Shown here piece by piece: positions 24,931 to 38,040 of a DNA stretch of 64,000 nucleotides. Position numbers and translations under genes: made by a program. Numbering within the stretch: position 1 is the first letter of the stretch; the number at the start of each line of letters is the position of its first letter. Source of the stretch: Negaprion brevirostris (Eukaryota); NCBI GenBank assembly GCA_030324005.1, contig JARDVH010000099.1:16022778-16086777 (forward strand), written 5' to 3'. The notes beneath the pieces were generated by a model. That model was not told the DNA's origin and did not search any database. It worked only from the letters and a program-made list of their open reading frames with translations.

Positions 24931-25961
24931 CTGTAGAATATACAAAATACTGTCAGGAATAATATAGAGTTACACTTGGCAAAACAAATTCAGCAATATG
25001 CACTATACAATTAAGGTTTTCACTTACAGCAACAAGCTACTTTTTCACCACTAAATATGCAAAACATTTCAAGGAGAACAATAAAATACTGCAGTTACTG
25101 GAGATGCTCGGCACGTCAGGTAGCATCAATGGCAAAATGGAGAGAGGGTTACTGTTTCAAAAGGATGATCATTTGTCAGGCAAAATGTACCAAAATGATA
25201 ACCCCAACTTCCTCACTCCAAAAGGTAACAACATAGATCAAATGTTCTGTCTTTAAAAATCTAATCCCACCACTTAGAAGCTTCATTGATGTCATTTTTA
25301 ACATGAAACAGTTCACTTGGCAAAAACACTATTAGATCCATTAAACATGCCTGGTGTGACAACACAATCTGCATTGTACTTGAACCTGGTTGACTGATAA
25401 ACTGTATTCAGTGGGAGAAACAAAGTTGACAAGCTGTTGACAACTATTCTCGTTTGGCTCACAATGTGCAATTATACAACACGAAGATGAGGGAACAGTG
25501 AAGGTCCAAAGTGACTTGGGAATCCAGCTGCATAGATTAAAATGTCAGGAACCAGGACAGAAAATAATAAAAACTAATGGAATGCTAGCCTTTATACCCA
25601 GAGGACTGGAATATAAAGGGGTAGAGGTCTTGCTATAGCTATTTAAAGACCTGATTAGACCACACTGGAGGTACTGTGTTCAGATCTGGGTACCAATATT
25701 CTCTTTAAAATTTAATCATGATGTGTGGCCAGTTTTTCCATGTGTATTTCCTGTAAACAGTCAATTCAATAATTAAGTACAAGTCTTTACATTCCACACA
25801 AGCCTCTTCCTTTACTTCATCTCACTTTACATAAATGCGAGTTGTTGTTAATGTCTTTAATACAGCAGAATGTCACAAGGCACTTCACAGGAGCATTATG
25901 TCTCAATTATTTTCTCTACAATGTCTTCAAATGTGAAATTTGACTGTACAAATGCTCTTAC

Positions 25962-26201
25962 CACTGGGAGACACGATGACTGGTTGAGTAAGTCTCTGCT
26001 CTCCTCCAGGTGGCAGATTCAGTACTATGACCAGTACAGTGCCAAGTGTAGTCCCTACCCACAAACATGGTGACGTGCATGTGTCCGCCTTTCGGGTATA
26101 AGTCTCACAGAAGTGAAGAGCTGTGATTGCCTCTCGGGACTCCTTGTCAATGCTGGTAACACTGGAACTGCGAGAACGGCTGAAAGAGTTGTCTCTCACA
26201 T
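25962..26201 (-). CDS. STXBP5: Tomosyn-1 coding exon (240 nt)
   Basis: aaatcag|AT GTG...AGT G|gtaaga; DVRDNSFSRSRSSSVTSIDKESREAITALHFCETYTRKADTCTSPCLWVGTTLGTVLVIVLNLPPGGEQRLTQPVIVSPS. Confidence 0.97.
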
Positions 26202-29200
26202 CTGATTTTGAAACATGAGAAGTAAAATCCTTCATTCAAATAGACCAGAACACAAATCAGCGTACCTGCAGCTTAAATTATCTGGACATTATTAATGACT
26301 CAGAATTGGACATTTTATATTTCAAATAAATTTGTCCCCACTTCATTGATTTGTTGACATAGAAAGTTAATAGTCAGATCAATTAATCCACACATACTGG
26401 GAAAACCTTATGGTAGGAAGCACGGATCATTGGGACATCGAGTCAGTCTCCAAAGGTCTGCTAAAATTGTACTAGTAGAAATTTTACTTCTTATTCGCCC
26501 CAATATTTCGGCCTTTTGTTTTCTTTTGCCTTGTTTCATTGAACTTTGAAGACAATACACATTTAATGAATTTGTATAATTTGATGACTTTGTACACGAG
26601 GGGTGGTATGATGCTAGTTTGATACATTTCTCCCCTGGCAGTGTAAGTTTAAGGATTACATCAATTCCTCTTGATGTCGGGAGTACTGTGGGAAATTAGA
26701 GGGTTAATGGTTACAGCTTGGGAATATTGCCGTTTCTGCTTCTAAGAGTTGACTTGAGGGGCAGGGGTTAGGGATTGTGCCGAAACAGCCTCTAAGAGTG
26801 GGCCTCAGACTATATGGTATTTTTTCCAATTGCTTGCAGATATTTTCCATCACTTGTTCCAATTATTATTTGCCCAACAGGCGCTCCATCCATGCTTTCA
26901 TGGTGGGTGCTTGCTGTCATAGTCAACAAAGTCAGTAACTTTCACTGATGGAGCAAATGACCAGGCTTTTTCTCAACAGAGATCAGTTACTTTGTGGGGT
27001 AGGAAAACGTCTATTGGGAGAAACCTTATGTACCCCCAGCCCAGGATGCTCTCACTGCTCTTGCAACTGATGCTGCAATCGGTGGCTGTGGTATATCACA
27101 TCACTACCGCTCTCCCTACTTCACACTCCTCCTACACCACCAGCTCCTCCAGCTGGTGGACTAGCATGACCTTCAAGTTTATGGCTACTAGCCTCATCAA
27201 CTCAGTTCGAAAAAAGTACAATTTTACAGTTAACCGTGGAATAAATAATGGTGCAGACTGGTCTTAAGTTGAGTCATTATGGGTCCCCATAGTTAAATAT
27301 GGATTAGGAAGATCTGACTGTTACATGTAGCCTTTTTGCATCTACAAAAAGATGCAGATGTGCTGTACCCGAGCATATTTCTAGTTACCCATTGTAGAAG
27401 GGAAATCACCATTCCATACTTCATTTCATAGAATTTTCAGTGCACATTAGTGTAATGCAATCTAAAAATAGGAATTAGATGAGTCAACTTGATGATGATT
27501 ACTGGAGATTTTGAAGAAAGAATCCATTGGTGATAAAAAATTAATACCCTAAATGAACATGCAAGTTGATCAAAGATTAATTTAGAACCTCAATCCCATT
27601 ATCAAGTTTTTCAGAAGCAGAGTCTTACGAAAGAAACGTGCAAATAGAGAAGTCATGCTCCAAATATTGTTTTTAAGTTGCTTCGTTTCTTCAGGCTGAT
27701 GGTTAAGGTGTTGGTCTCTGCCCTTTGACCCAATTCCAAGCTCTATCATTGGCAGGGAGCAAAGAATGGAGGTCAGTACTGTAAATGATGAGCCACTGCC
27801 CAAACAAGTAAAATAAAATCTCATTTGGGTTATAAATATTGCAGATACTTCTTTCGTGAAGCCCTATGCGCTGGAGAAAAAAAATAACCAGCATGTGGTT
27901 ATACACCCACTGCATTATTACCCTGCCATATACCCACAACCACACTGCATTGTTACTTGTAGTTATACATCTGTTAGATTGTAAATAATAGTACCATTTT
28001 TGCCTAGTATATAGTATTCTCAACAACAAACATGGCAAATCCAGGAAGTCACCCTGATGATCTAATTCTTGCAACAAGTGATCAACCTTGTCCCATAGGT
28101 GATTTCACTTCAGACTGCAAACTGGCGCAAAGCTAATTTAAGTTTTAATAGTTCACTTCAAATTTAATAGAACTTTAAATGTGAATGACTTTAAACGTTA
28201 CCAGCGCTCCCATTCTCTGAAGATGAACATTCTTATCAGCTTATTGAGCACAATACAGATAAGAATCAGGAGACCACTAGATGAAAAATACATGAAGCAT
28301 TTATATTGTTCAACAGGACTTGAATGACATTTTCCACTTTACTTCCTTTTATTGCAATCTTTTTTAACTTGTGGATCCCCCCACTATGTGTGATTTTGTA
28401 AGCTGGGTCTTTTCATCAGCAGAAACCCTGTAACCCAATTCTTTGGATTGTAGTTTAAAAATGAACAATTAACCATCTCTTAAGAGATCAGAGTTTCAAA
28501 AACACTCAAGGTTTCCTTGCATTGTCATTGTTGCCAGAGCATTCACAAGGCCAAGATGTTACAGGTTGATGTAAATATTTAACATTAGCCCCTTATTAAT
28601 CAGGAAGATGACGACAAAAGTCAGATGGTGCTCAGAACATTGGATTTCATTTGGAAGGCAAATAGCAGCCTTTTCTCAGGTACTGCAATGCTGGTCTCTT
28701 TTGCTATGCTATGTCACGGCTGCTCAATACCTAACAATACAATAAGGTAACCCAGGGATCTAACTTGAAAAACCTTGTTGTGATCAGAACCAGATTTTTA
28801 CATGTCTCATACATACCCAGAGGTGACGTCCAATCTTTTTGGAATCACACTGATAACACTTAATTCAATGAGAAAGACATTTTGCAAATTATATTAAATA
28901 ATGGCAAAGGTACCTTTTCCTGCATTGGTGCGCCCGACATAAAATAATTTCTAACTGTTCTCTTATAATTTTAACCTTTTAAGTCTGATGAAAGCCTACC
29001 GTAGAACTTGTTGAAAAATCTGACCAGCAATTTGTTTATAAAGTCACTAGACCACTGACATCCTTGTACCTTATTAATATGTCACAGATAGCTGATGTTC
29101 CAATTGCCCATTTTATAAAGAATGGCACTTAACTAAAAAAAACAATCCAGCAGGTGGAGTAATGTTATTATTCTCTGAAACAAAGGCAGTAAATGTTGTA

Positions 29201-29898
29201 AACCTACTGTCTGCAATGCAATACAGAGATACCTTTGAGAAAATTATTAGTGCATCTACTTCACCTCATGAAATTAGACATGGGAGTTTGATTGTCTCCA
29301 AGTTTCAGAATTCTTGATCCACCACTGTCACACAACAAAGTCATTTCTACAGTTATGCCACTACTTCAGTGATGGGAACTTGTATTCATTTGCTTATATT
29401 TTTATCCTGAAGTTACTTTAACACTTAGCACTTCAATCCCAGTGTGCAGTTAACATGAGGTTGTGAATGGTCAAAATGACCTATTGAAACAAGTGGAAAC
29501 AGAAAACGTCCAAGTATTCAAAGGGCAGATCTGTGGAAAGAAGATAGGTTTAATATTTTCTCTCGACAGTTGTTGCCTGATCCAAGTATAATAGGCATTT
29601 TCTGTTCTCACCTTCCAGCACCTGCAGCCTTTTCCTTCTTGAAACAAATATTTTGTTTGAGATATAAAAGTCTATAAAGAACAAACTTAAGCATCTCACT
29701 GGATTCTTCAAATACATAGTAATTTAAAATGGCTGGCTGAAATCCTACTTTCAATCTGTAACCTAAGAGGTATGATGAGTTGGGAACATAACTGACATTT
29801 CATGAACTATCTGCTCCTATATCAAAGCCTATAAACTATCTAAATTTTCAATCCAAACCTTGGCAACAAAACGGACAGAATAATAAGATGAAGGTATT

Positions 29899-30796
29899 GG
29901 GGGTGATTCTCCCAGCCTGCTGCATTCCTCTTGTAGCACAGCGAGCCAGGAGGCTCAAGTGGAGGCTGTTTTGCGGACTCCAGCAAGGTTTACAAAAGCT
30001 CCCCCACTTGCAGGGGAGTAGCGGTCCAACCCTGCTGGAGTGAACCCCCCTGCCCCCTGAGGATTGGGCGCAGAGGTGGTGGTGGTGCCTCCTGGAAATT
30101 GGCAGGGCCAGCCTGGGCCCCCTGGCACAGCCTAAGAGGCAAAGTGCCAATGCCCAGGGGGCACCTTGGCATTGCTAAGCATCAAGCAATGCCAAGGGGA
30201 TGAGGCCTAATGGAGGCGGGTCCTCGGGGGAGATTGATGCCACTCTGCAGTCAGGCTGAGTGACAGGAGGCCAGTGATCAGGGCTGGGCACTGGGTTAGG
30301 GTCAGCCTGCCTATGTGGGGTGAGGATGAGATGGGGGTGGGGGAAGAGAAGAGATCCAGGCCCTAGTTGGATATATGTTTGGTGGCCCAGCAATTAGGCT
30401 GTGTGGGGGGGGCTCTGCAAGCCAACGACGTGGGGGTCATAGAGCTGGCCAGCAATGGAGCTGATTAGGCATTTTCTAACAGCACCGAGATCAGCGCATG
30501 CGCAGTGGCCCCACACTGCTGGCCTCCTGATCACTGGCCAGTCTCGCATCGCTGGCTTGCAGAGCCATGGTCTGATCGCTGGCCCACTGAACATCTGGCC
30601 AGCCTCAGTCTCTCCACCCTGCAGTCACGACCTCCCCCAGCAGGTTGAACCACACCCCCACCCCAATGCCCAGCACCGATTACTGACCTCCCTGCCTCTG
30701 CACTCACGTCAATCTTGGCACTGACAGATCGGTGGATGTGCAGTGGCCTGCTCAGAGCTATGCTGCTGGCCTCTCCAGCATAAATAGATCCCACCC
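29899..30796. mobile_element. GC-rich non-autonomous element (MITE/DNA-transposon-like) with internal inverted repeats
   Basis: Sharp GC transition; imperfect termini ggggtgattctccc / atagatcccaccc; internal inverted repeats at 30164-30197 and 30269-30282 vs 30526-30539. Confidence 0.55.
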
Positions 30797-31088
30797 ACTA
30801 AATGTGAGATGATTTACACTGAGGCTCTCTGCAGCACAGAGTGTGGGAGTTTCATTTTGAAACACCCACTGGTTTTTTGAGCGGCATTTACTTCAGCTTT
30901 TACGTAAATTCGACACTTAGATTTTTTTGGGGGAAAATTGCCCCAATCATCTTCCTGTTGGCTGGAAGGACCCACAATGAAATTGATTTGTGCACTCACC
31001 ACCNNNNNNNNNNNNNNNNNNNNNNNNNNNNNNNNNNNNNNNNNNNNNNNNNNNNNNNNNNNNNNNNNNNNNNNNNNNNNNNNNNNNN

Positions 31089-31320
31089 ATTTGGCCAATC
31101 CCATCCAGGCCCTACCCCTTTTTCCCCCGACACAAAGGTGAAATTTAGCACGGCCAATTCATGTAGCCTGCACTTCTTTGGTGGGAAGAAACCAGAGCAC
31201 CTGGAGGAAACCAACGCAGACTCGAGGAGAATGTGCAAACTCCACGGCCAGTGACCCGCGTCTGGAATTGAACCTGGGTCCCTGGCCTTGTGAGGCAGCA
31301 GTGCTAACGACTGTGCCGCC
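31089..31320 (-). mobile_element. HE1-like V-SINE (tail in gap)
   Basis: Reverse head ggcggcacagtcgttagcactgctgcctcac and V-domain. Confidence 0.85.
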
Positions 31321-32159
31321 TTTATGTATAGTAAAAAAATCCACATCACAAGCCTGCCCATAATCTTGCATGGACGTGGGATGAACAAGTTCAGGGTGCT
31401 TCTGAATTTGTGGTTTGGTAACATTATTCAGCACTTTAGCTTCAATATTTTGAACTCAGCTATTTCAGCCAAATGTCCTTTTGTGTTTATTCAGTTTCCT
31501 ACATCCCTTGTTTCTATGCACTCTCTCTATACCTGACCCTGGAAGTTCTTCCTGTTGATTTCTATTGCCTAAATTGGGAAACCTATAATGACACTGACGT
31601 CTAACATAAATGAGCAGAAAACAAAACCTTTTTTCCAACGCTTTACTTACTGCAATAAACTGGAAATAAAATAAAAACCTGATTCCAACAAGGTGAAGAT
31701 TACTTTTCTACAGAAGGACAGATTACACAAATCTCTTCAGCTGAACAATCAATAACTGCGTCACAGAAGACATGGCTAATCCTAGATGATAGAAGTTATA
31801 ACATGCAAACGTGGAGGGCATTTAGAATGGATGAGAAAAGAGACCAATAAAAAAAGTTGAAGAGTACCTTGTGCATGAGTCACACTGGGAGATGAGGGTG
31901 GGCAAATGAGCACAGCAGTAAAATAAAACAATGGTAAGATATTCTCCTTGTTCATTTGTGATCAATGAGAAATGGGTCAGGTGATCATTTGGGGTATGCT
32001 AAAGACTTATCAAAGAAACAACTCAAAAGAAATGACTCATTACCTGACAATATCAGAAAGGGAGTGAGGAACAACAGGTAGCACTGACAGGATATGAACC
32101 ATGTCTTCAACTAGCAACGTCTAAAAGCATCAACTCAGAGCATTCCAGGTGCATATGCA

Positions 32160-33040
32160 CCTCCACTATAAACATGTATTTATTTATGCCTTTAGTGTAG
32201 CAAAATGTCCCAAAGTACTTCACAAAATCAGTACCAAACAGAGTTCAATATCAAGAAACACGGATATTAGGGCAGATGATCCAAAAAAAGCTTGGTCAAA
32301 GAAACAGGTGTTAAGGAGCACCTTAAGGGAGGCAAAAGAAGGTAAACAGGCAAGTGTTTTAGGGAGGGAATTCCAGAGCTCAGGGTCTAGGCAGAAAGCA
32401 CGGCCATCCAGCGCGGAAGCAATTAAATCGGGGTGCATGAGAAGCAAGAATTTCAAGGAGCACAGATATCTGAGGAATGTAAGAAATTACACAGCTAGGG
32501 ACAGCCAAGGCCATAGAGAGGTTTGAATACAAAAAAAGAAAATCTTAAAGTCAAGATGTTGTTTAACCAGGAGCCAATGTAGATCAGCAAACCTGGGATG
32601 AAGGATGAGCGAGACTTTGTGACTGGGGCATGGGCAGCAGAGTTTTGTTTGAACTCAAGTTTATGGAGGGTGGACTGCAGGAAACCAGCCAAATGAGTGT
32701 TGGAAGAGTCAAGTCCAGAGGTAACAAATTCATGGGTGATAGCTTCAGCAGCAGATGAGCCAGGGTGGAGTCAGATGGTTTAAAGAGGTGGAAAGGAAAA
32801 GTCTTATTGATGATGCATGTGTAGTCGTAAGTTCATCACAGGCTCAGTCTCAGATAAAGACAAGGAGAGGGATGAAGTCAATGGCTAAAAAAGATTGTGG
32901 CAAGGACCGAAAATTATGGTTTCACTTTCCCATAATTTTAGTTGGAAAAACCTCTACTCAGACAGTACTAGCTGTTGGTGAAGCAGTCAGATAAGTTAGA
33001 GACCGTGAAGGAGTCAAGATGGTTGGCAGTGAAGAGGAAC
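32160..33040 (-). mobile_element. L2 LINE 3' portion
   Basis: Minus strand FVTSGLDSSN-like, QNSAAH, GRAFCLDPELWNSLP..LKVLLNTCFFDQAF, which is the L2 ORF2 C-terminus. Confidence 0.75.
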
Positions 33041-33044
33041 AGTG

Positions 33045-33400
33045 TCAGCTGTTGCTCAGTGGGTAGTGCACACACATCGGAATCAAAATGCTGTGGGTTC
33101 AAATTCCACTCCAGAGACCATGTAATGAGGTGACACCTTATTAATTAGACATTAAACCATTTTGCCCTCTCAGGTGAGGATTTTTTCCCCCCAAGAAAAC
33201 AAGGTGTTTCTCCCAGTCCCCTAATACATATCCTTTAAATTATATCTCTAAAACATACAATACTTTTCACTGTATGCTAATACATGCGACAATAATAAAT
33301 CAAATCAAATATACGATTTTGTCAATATTGCATTGCTGTTTGTCAGGCTTTGTTGCATGCACAAGGGCAGTTCCATCTCCAGGCATTACAACAGTGACAG
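33045..33400 (+). mobile_element. Decayed DeuSINE (SacSINE1-like)
   Basis: gctcagtgggtag head, gggttcaaattccactccagagac, cattacaacagtgac. Confidence 0.6.
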
Positions 33401-33401
33401 T

Positions 33402-33525
33402 GGGCGGGACTTTTCAGCTTGGTTGGCCAAGATGGGAAATCCCTGTCCGAGGTCAATGGAGATTTCCATTGTAGGTTCCTCGCTTGTACCCGTTCCACGG
33501 TACGCGAGATGGCAGAGTTCCGGCC
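33402..33525. mobile_element. Short MITE-like insertion
   Basis: Imperfect terminal inverted repeats gggcgggactttt / agagttccggcc; CpG-rich; interrupts the SINE tail. Confidence 0.5.
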
Positions 33526-35481
33526 TACATGTCCATAATATCTGCTTGAACAGGAGTGGAAAATGAGGTGATAAGGACCTATAAAGGGCAGAACACCATG
33601 GCAGGTAGGTGAACACAACAGGTCAACTGGACAGTTGAATTTAACTATAGTTGGTGGTAGAAAGTGGGTGATAGTTGATCCACTATCATTAAACATTCTG
33701 TTAATGTTCCTGTCCCACTTGGATCAAAGATGTATATAGGACAGTCTCCTTGTGAAGGCTGAGTAGAATTGTTAATGAGTTAATTTGAGGTGGTCATCAA
33801 TGGATAGGATGTTGCAGCAGTTGCTGTACTTAAAGCACAACAGACATTATAATGATCAGGACCTGGCAGTAAGTTATTGGACCAGGAGCAGCGATAACAC
33901 AATTCTCTGTTAGAGAAAGAAATATTCAACATCCAGAACTGTGAACATAACCTTGTTTCTGGCAATTGAATTGGTAGCAATGTGACATAACTGGCAGCTG
34001 AGTAACATAGAGCAACAAACTTCAGAGAGAAGTCCGACTTAGAGAACTTAAAAACAGGAATAGAATTGCCACCTGCTATGCCTCAAAAAAAAACTTCTAC
34101 AATCTGATCTCAGTATATCACTTGTGAATCAACTTGGCTAGGAAGAGTTGCAAAACATATTTGCTGTTTAATTAAATCTCCTGCTGATTAAATAGACGAT
34201 ACAAGTTTCTCATCTATGTTGACAAAGGACTCAATACTAAGATCCAGTGGCAGTGCTGAGAATTAAATGGATCGTAATGATTTTCCATCCCTACTCCCAT
34301 CTTCACAAACACACTCATGGGCACAAAATTACAAGATATTCTGACAAGGATTTAACATTTGGGGAATAAGCAGTGAGATAATGTGTGACAATGCTCTAAC
34401 TACAATCCAGCCAGGGTTAATGTACAGAAAACTTGAAGGGTCTACTTGCAATTAAGGGTCCTGAATAAAATGAAATAGGATAGCCTAATCAGGTTCCTAC
34501 TGGACACAAGTCTACAGCATAAAACAATCTGCAGTTTAAAAAGTGACACTGAGGTAGTACCACCAGTACGGCTCAAATGGAAATTGTGACAGTGATGCCA
34601 AGCACTTGCAATACTGCAACTCAAGTAAGAGGTCATAAGAAATTGTGGGAGGTTCCTCAAACCATTGCAGCTGAGCACAATCCCGTTCTGAACCTGATAC
34701 CTGCCATACATGCACATTTTTAACTCTGTTCATTGAATATTGATCAGCAGTGGGAATCTTGACTGATTTCCCCTCTATTCTCGGCCTATGGATGGTATAC
34801 GAAATGGGAGTTCTGGCTAGTTTTCCCTTTTAGGCCACGAGCACTTATTTATTCCTAGAATTTGAACTTCAGTGGCATCTTTAGTATTTGTTTATCCCTA
34901 CTTGCCCTCAAGATGGTAGCTGCAGGCCCTCTTCCTGAACTGTGACAGACCATGTGGTGAAGACATTCCTACAGTGCTGTTTGGTAGGGAGTTCAAGGCT
35001 TTAATTCCAGCAATAATGAAACATGTCCAAATTAGAGACTTGGAGGGACAGGGTTACAGAGGTGATGGACTTTCCCATACATTTGTTTGCCCTCGCCCTT
35101 CCGGATGATGGAAATCTTGTGTTTGTGCGGTTTTGCCAAATGCTTGGCTACTTGCTACAATGCATTTTGCTGGTATTAAGGATGAGCCAAAAGACTTGCT
35201 GCTCTATACAGTTTGTTAAACTCACTAAATCATAATGATAGTTTGCTCTCTTCAGCTCATTCTGAAGCAAGTTAATTCTTACAGACAGATCAGCATTTAA
35301 CATTCTGCTATTACTGTGGTAAGAAATAAATAAGCTTTATTAAAACTACAAGCACTTATCTGCACTTACAGATTGGCAGATCAACATGTCTATTCATTTG
35401 TTGTTTCCAGTTGCACACAAATAAATGTAAACATACGAAGAATATTTCGACACCAAGTGTCGTGCTAGCCTCCGCACTTAC

Positions 35482-35532
35482 CCAAATCAGGTTTCAGTTC
35501 AGTCGGCAAGCTTAGTTTTCTTGACATCTTCG
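35482..35532 (-). CDS. STXBP5: Tomosyn-1 cassette exon (51 nt, m-tomosyn type; PKA RKLS and SUMO LKPD motifs)
   Basis: gtttttttcag|CG AAG...TTG G|gtaagt; AKMSRKLSLPTELKPDL; this segment and the two previous cassettes point to tomosyn-1 rather than STXBP5L. Confidence 0.95.
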
Positions 35533-35809
35533 CTGAAAAAAACCCACAGAAAGTTAGGTTTAGGCAAAATGGTACAAACCAGTACTGAAGCGTGGAGTCA
35601 TAAACTGATATATTTCCTTGTCGATTCAAGACCACTTAATACATACTGCAGGATTAACACAAGCCAAGATTCCAATGAGATTTGCCAAACACCTCCCCCT
35701 TTGAAGGGTTTACCTTAGAACACAAAGATGGTTTCCAAACACCATTTTTGAAACTCAGCATATCACTCCACCCCACTTCAATGAAATACAAGACAATATC
35801 AGCAGCAGC

Positions 35810-37250
35810 CAATACTTGCATTTAAATAATGCCAAGGCCCTTTAAAGGATCAATTACCAGAAAAAAATGTTGAGCCACATGAAGAAATATTACAACCGGT
35901 GAACAAAAGTTTGACCAATCAAGTAGGTTTTAAGGATCACTTCAGACAAGGAAAGAGATTTAGGGAGGAAATTCCAGGTATCAGCAGGTGAGCTTAAATA
36001 GGGTTGAAAGTCAGCATTCATTGTGACAGAGAGGAAGTTCAGCTCGAGATCAAGCTGGATGGCAAGATTGTCAATGGTCCAATTTAGCCTCACAGCTTGT
36101 GACCAGTGAGATGGATGGAGTTAGTGAATAGGGAACAGAGTTTATCTGTTTGATTTTCTCCATACTACACTACAGAAAATGCTAGATGTCAGACAAGTAG
36201 GTTGACAAATCAACAACAGCAGTGGCGTGGTTGAGAGTGGTATTGTTAAAGTAGAGCTGGGTGGTATCACTAGATATGTAGAGCAGAAGGTCACTATTTA
36301 TGATGACACCAAAGGGCAGCTTCTTGGGGGATACCAGAGGTAATGGCATGGAAATGGATAAATAAGCCATTGCAGATGATTTTATGGCTATGACTGAATA
36401 GACAGAAATAGAACCAATGTGGACTATACAGGAGTCAGAGGTGGACGATGCGGTTACCCAGTTAACGGCCACAGATAGGTCAAGTGGGTGAGAAGATAAT
36501 TTAGCACTGTAACAGTCACAATGTCACGTGATTTTGATGAGGGTTATTTCAATATTGAGGCAAAAATAGAAATCTGATTGATGGGGTTCAAAAATGGAGT
36601 TGCAGGAAGAATTGAGATGACAACACNNNNNNNNNNNNNNNNNNNNNNNNNNNNNNNNNNNNNNNNNNNNNNNNNNNNNNNNNNNNNNNNNNNNNNNNNN
36701 NNNNNNNNNNNNNNNNNNNNNNNNNNAAGAGGAAAAAGATGCTGGAGAGGAAGTAACAGTTTGCCAGTACAGAGGGAACAAGGACTTTTTTGGTGGTGTT
36801 AATGACAAAGAGTATGAGGCAGCACTTGAGGAGAACGATCAACAATTAATAGTTGTGGGGGGGGGGCGGAGAGGAGAGACAGGAAATGAAGTTGGATGAT
36901 CAGCAGTTTCATGAGAAAAGGGTTAAGGTTGGTTGCATGAACAAGGTGAGCTTGTAAAAGGACATAAAGAACAATAGATAAATTATGGGAGATAAAAGAT
37001 GTGTGGGGGAGGGGGCAGTGTTGGGGCAGGAGGAAAGAAAGGGGAGGAATTTAAAAAGACAGTTTGTAATGGAGATGAGAAGCCACTGACTATCTTACTA
37101 TTCTAAGTTAATCCTGGAAAAATAGGCAATTTTGCAGAGAACAAGACCAAAGAGTGTTTTATGTAGTCCAGTCAGATCTGCCAATGTATTGCCAGATCAG
37201 CTGTCCAACAGCAATTTTCAAATCTGCTATCCATAAACTTTACTTCAAAG
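35810..37250 (-). mobile_element. Decayed L2 LINE
   Basis: HQSDFYFCLNIEITLIK (QSGFR..STETAL-like) and TWNFLPKSL..LKTYLIGQTF. Confidence 0.65.
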
Positions 37251-37664
37251 CTACTTCTCCTTCCATTGGGATACAAAGGTAGTTCTTCCAACTGTATTTG
37301 CAACTCAACAATATCACTTCATCAGTAAAATGTAAAGCAGCTTTTCAGTTTTCTTTGGAGCTCAATCTACCCTTATCATTGAAATACAAGGCAACTTCTG
37401 TCACAGTATTTGGAACTCAGTAATCTCTCCTTTCCCCTGAATACAAGACAATTGTTCCAGTCATATTTGGAATTCACCAATACCTATTTTCCTTCTATTC
37501 AAATAGAAAGCAATCTTTTATTTACAAATTTGCATCAAGCCATATCCCACATGACCTTTCTCACTCCTCCAATTGGCTGGAATTGTACGTTAACACCTAC
37601 ATCTCAGATTTTATACTTGTATGCTAAAACTAGGATGGGCCCACTCAAGCAGTGATTGTTAAGG

Positions 37665-38040
37665 TGTCAGCTGTGACTCAGCTGGTACACTTTTGTCTGA
37701 GTTAAAAGCTTGTGGATTCAAGTTCTACTCCACAGAATGGAACACTGTTTAGGCTGGCATTTCAGTGCAGCTTTGAGGGACTGTTGTACTGCCTTTCTGA
37801 CCAATAATTGAACAGAATTTTCCATCTGTCCTCTTGAAGATAAGTGCAAGTTTTCTGCTGTGTCCTAGACAATATTTATCTCATTGCTGACAGGTGTGGC
37901 TGTGCATAAATTGGCTGGTTTGAGAGTATTTTGTGCATAAATTGTCTGTTTCATTTGTCTACAGTTCAAAGTACTACATTGGTTGCAAGCATTTTGTGGT
38001 GTCTAGGGTACATGAAAGGCATTAGGTAAATGCAATTCCT
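37665..38040 (+). mobile_element. DeuSINE (SacSINE1-like)
   Basis: tgtgactcagctggtaca head, gtggattcaagttctactcc, aatatttatc core, aaaggcatta tail. Confidence 0.65.

Noticed and set aside
32036-32080. Possible recursive splice site (..ctttctgatattgtcag|gtaatg, minus strand)
   Set aside because: The intron is only about 9 kb, AG|GT juxtapositions are common by chance, and there is no further support.
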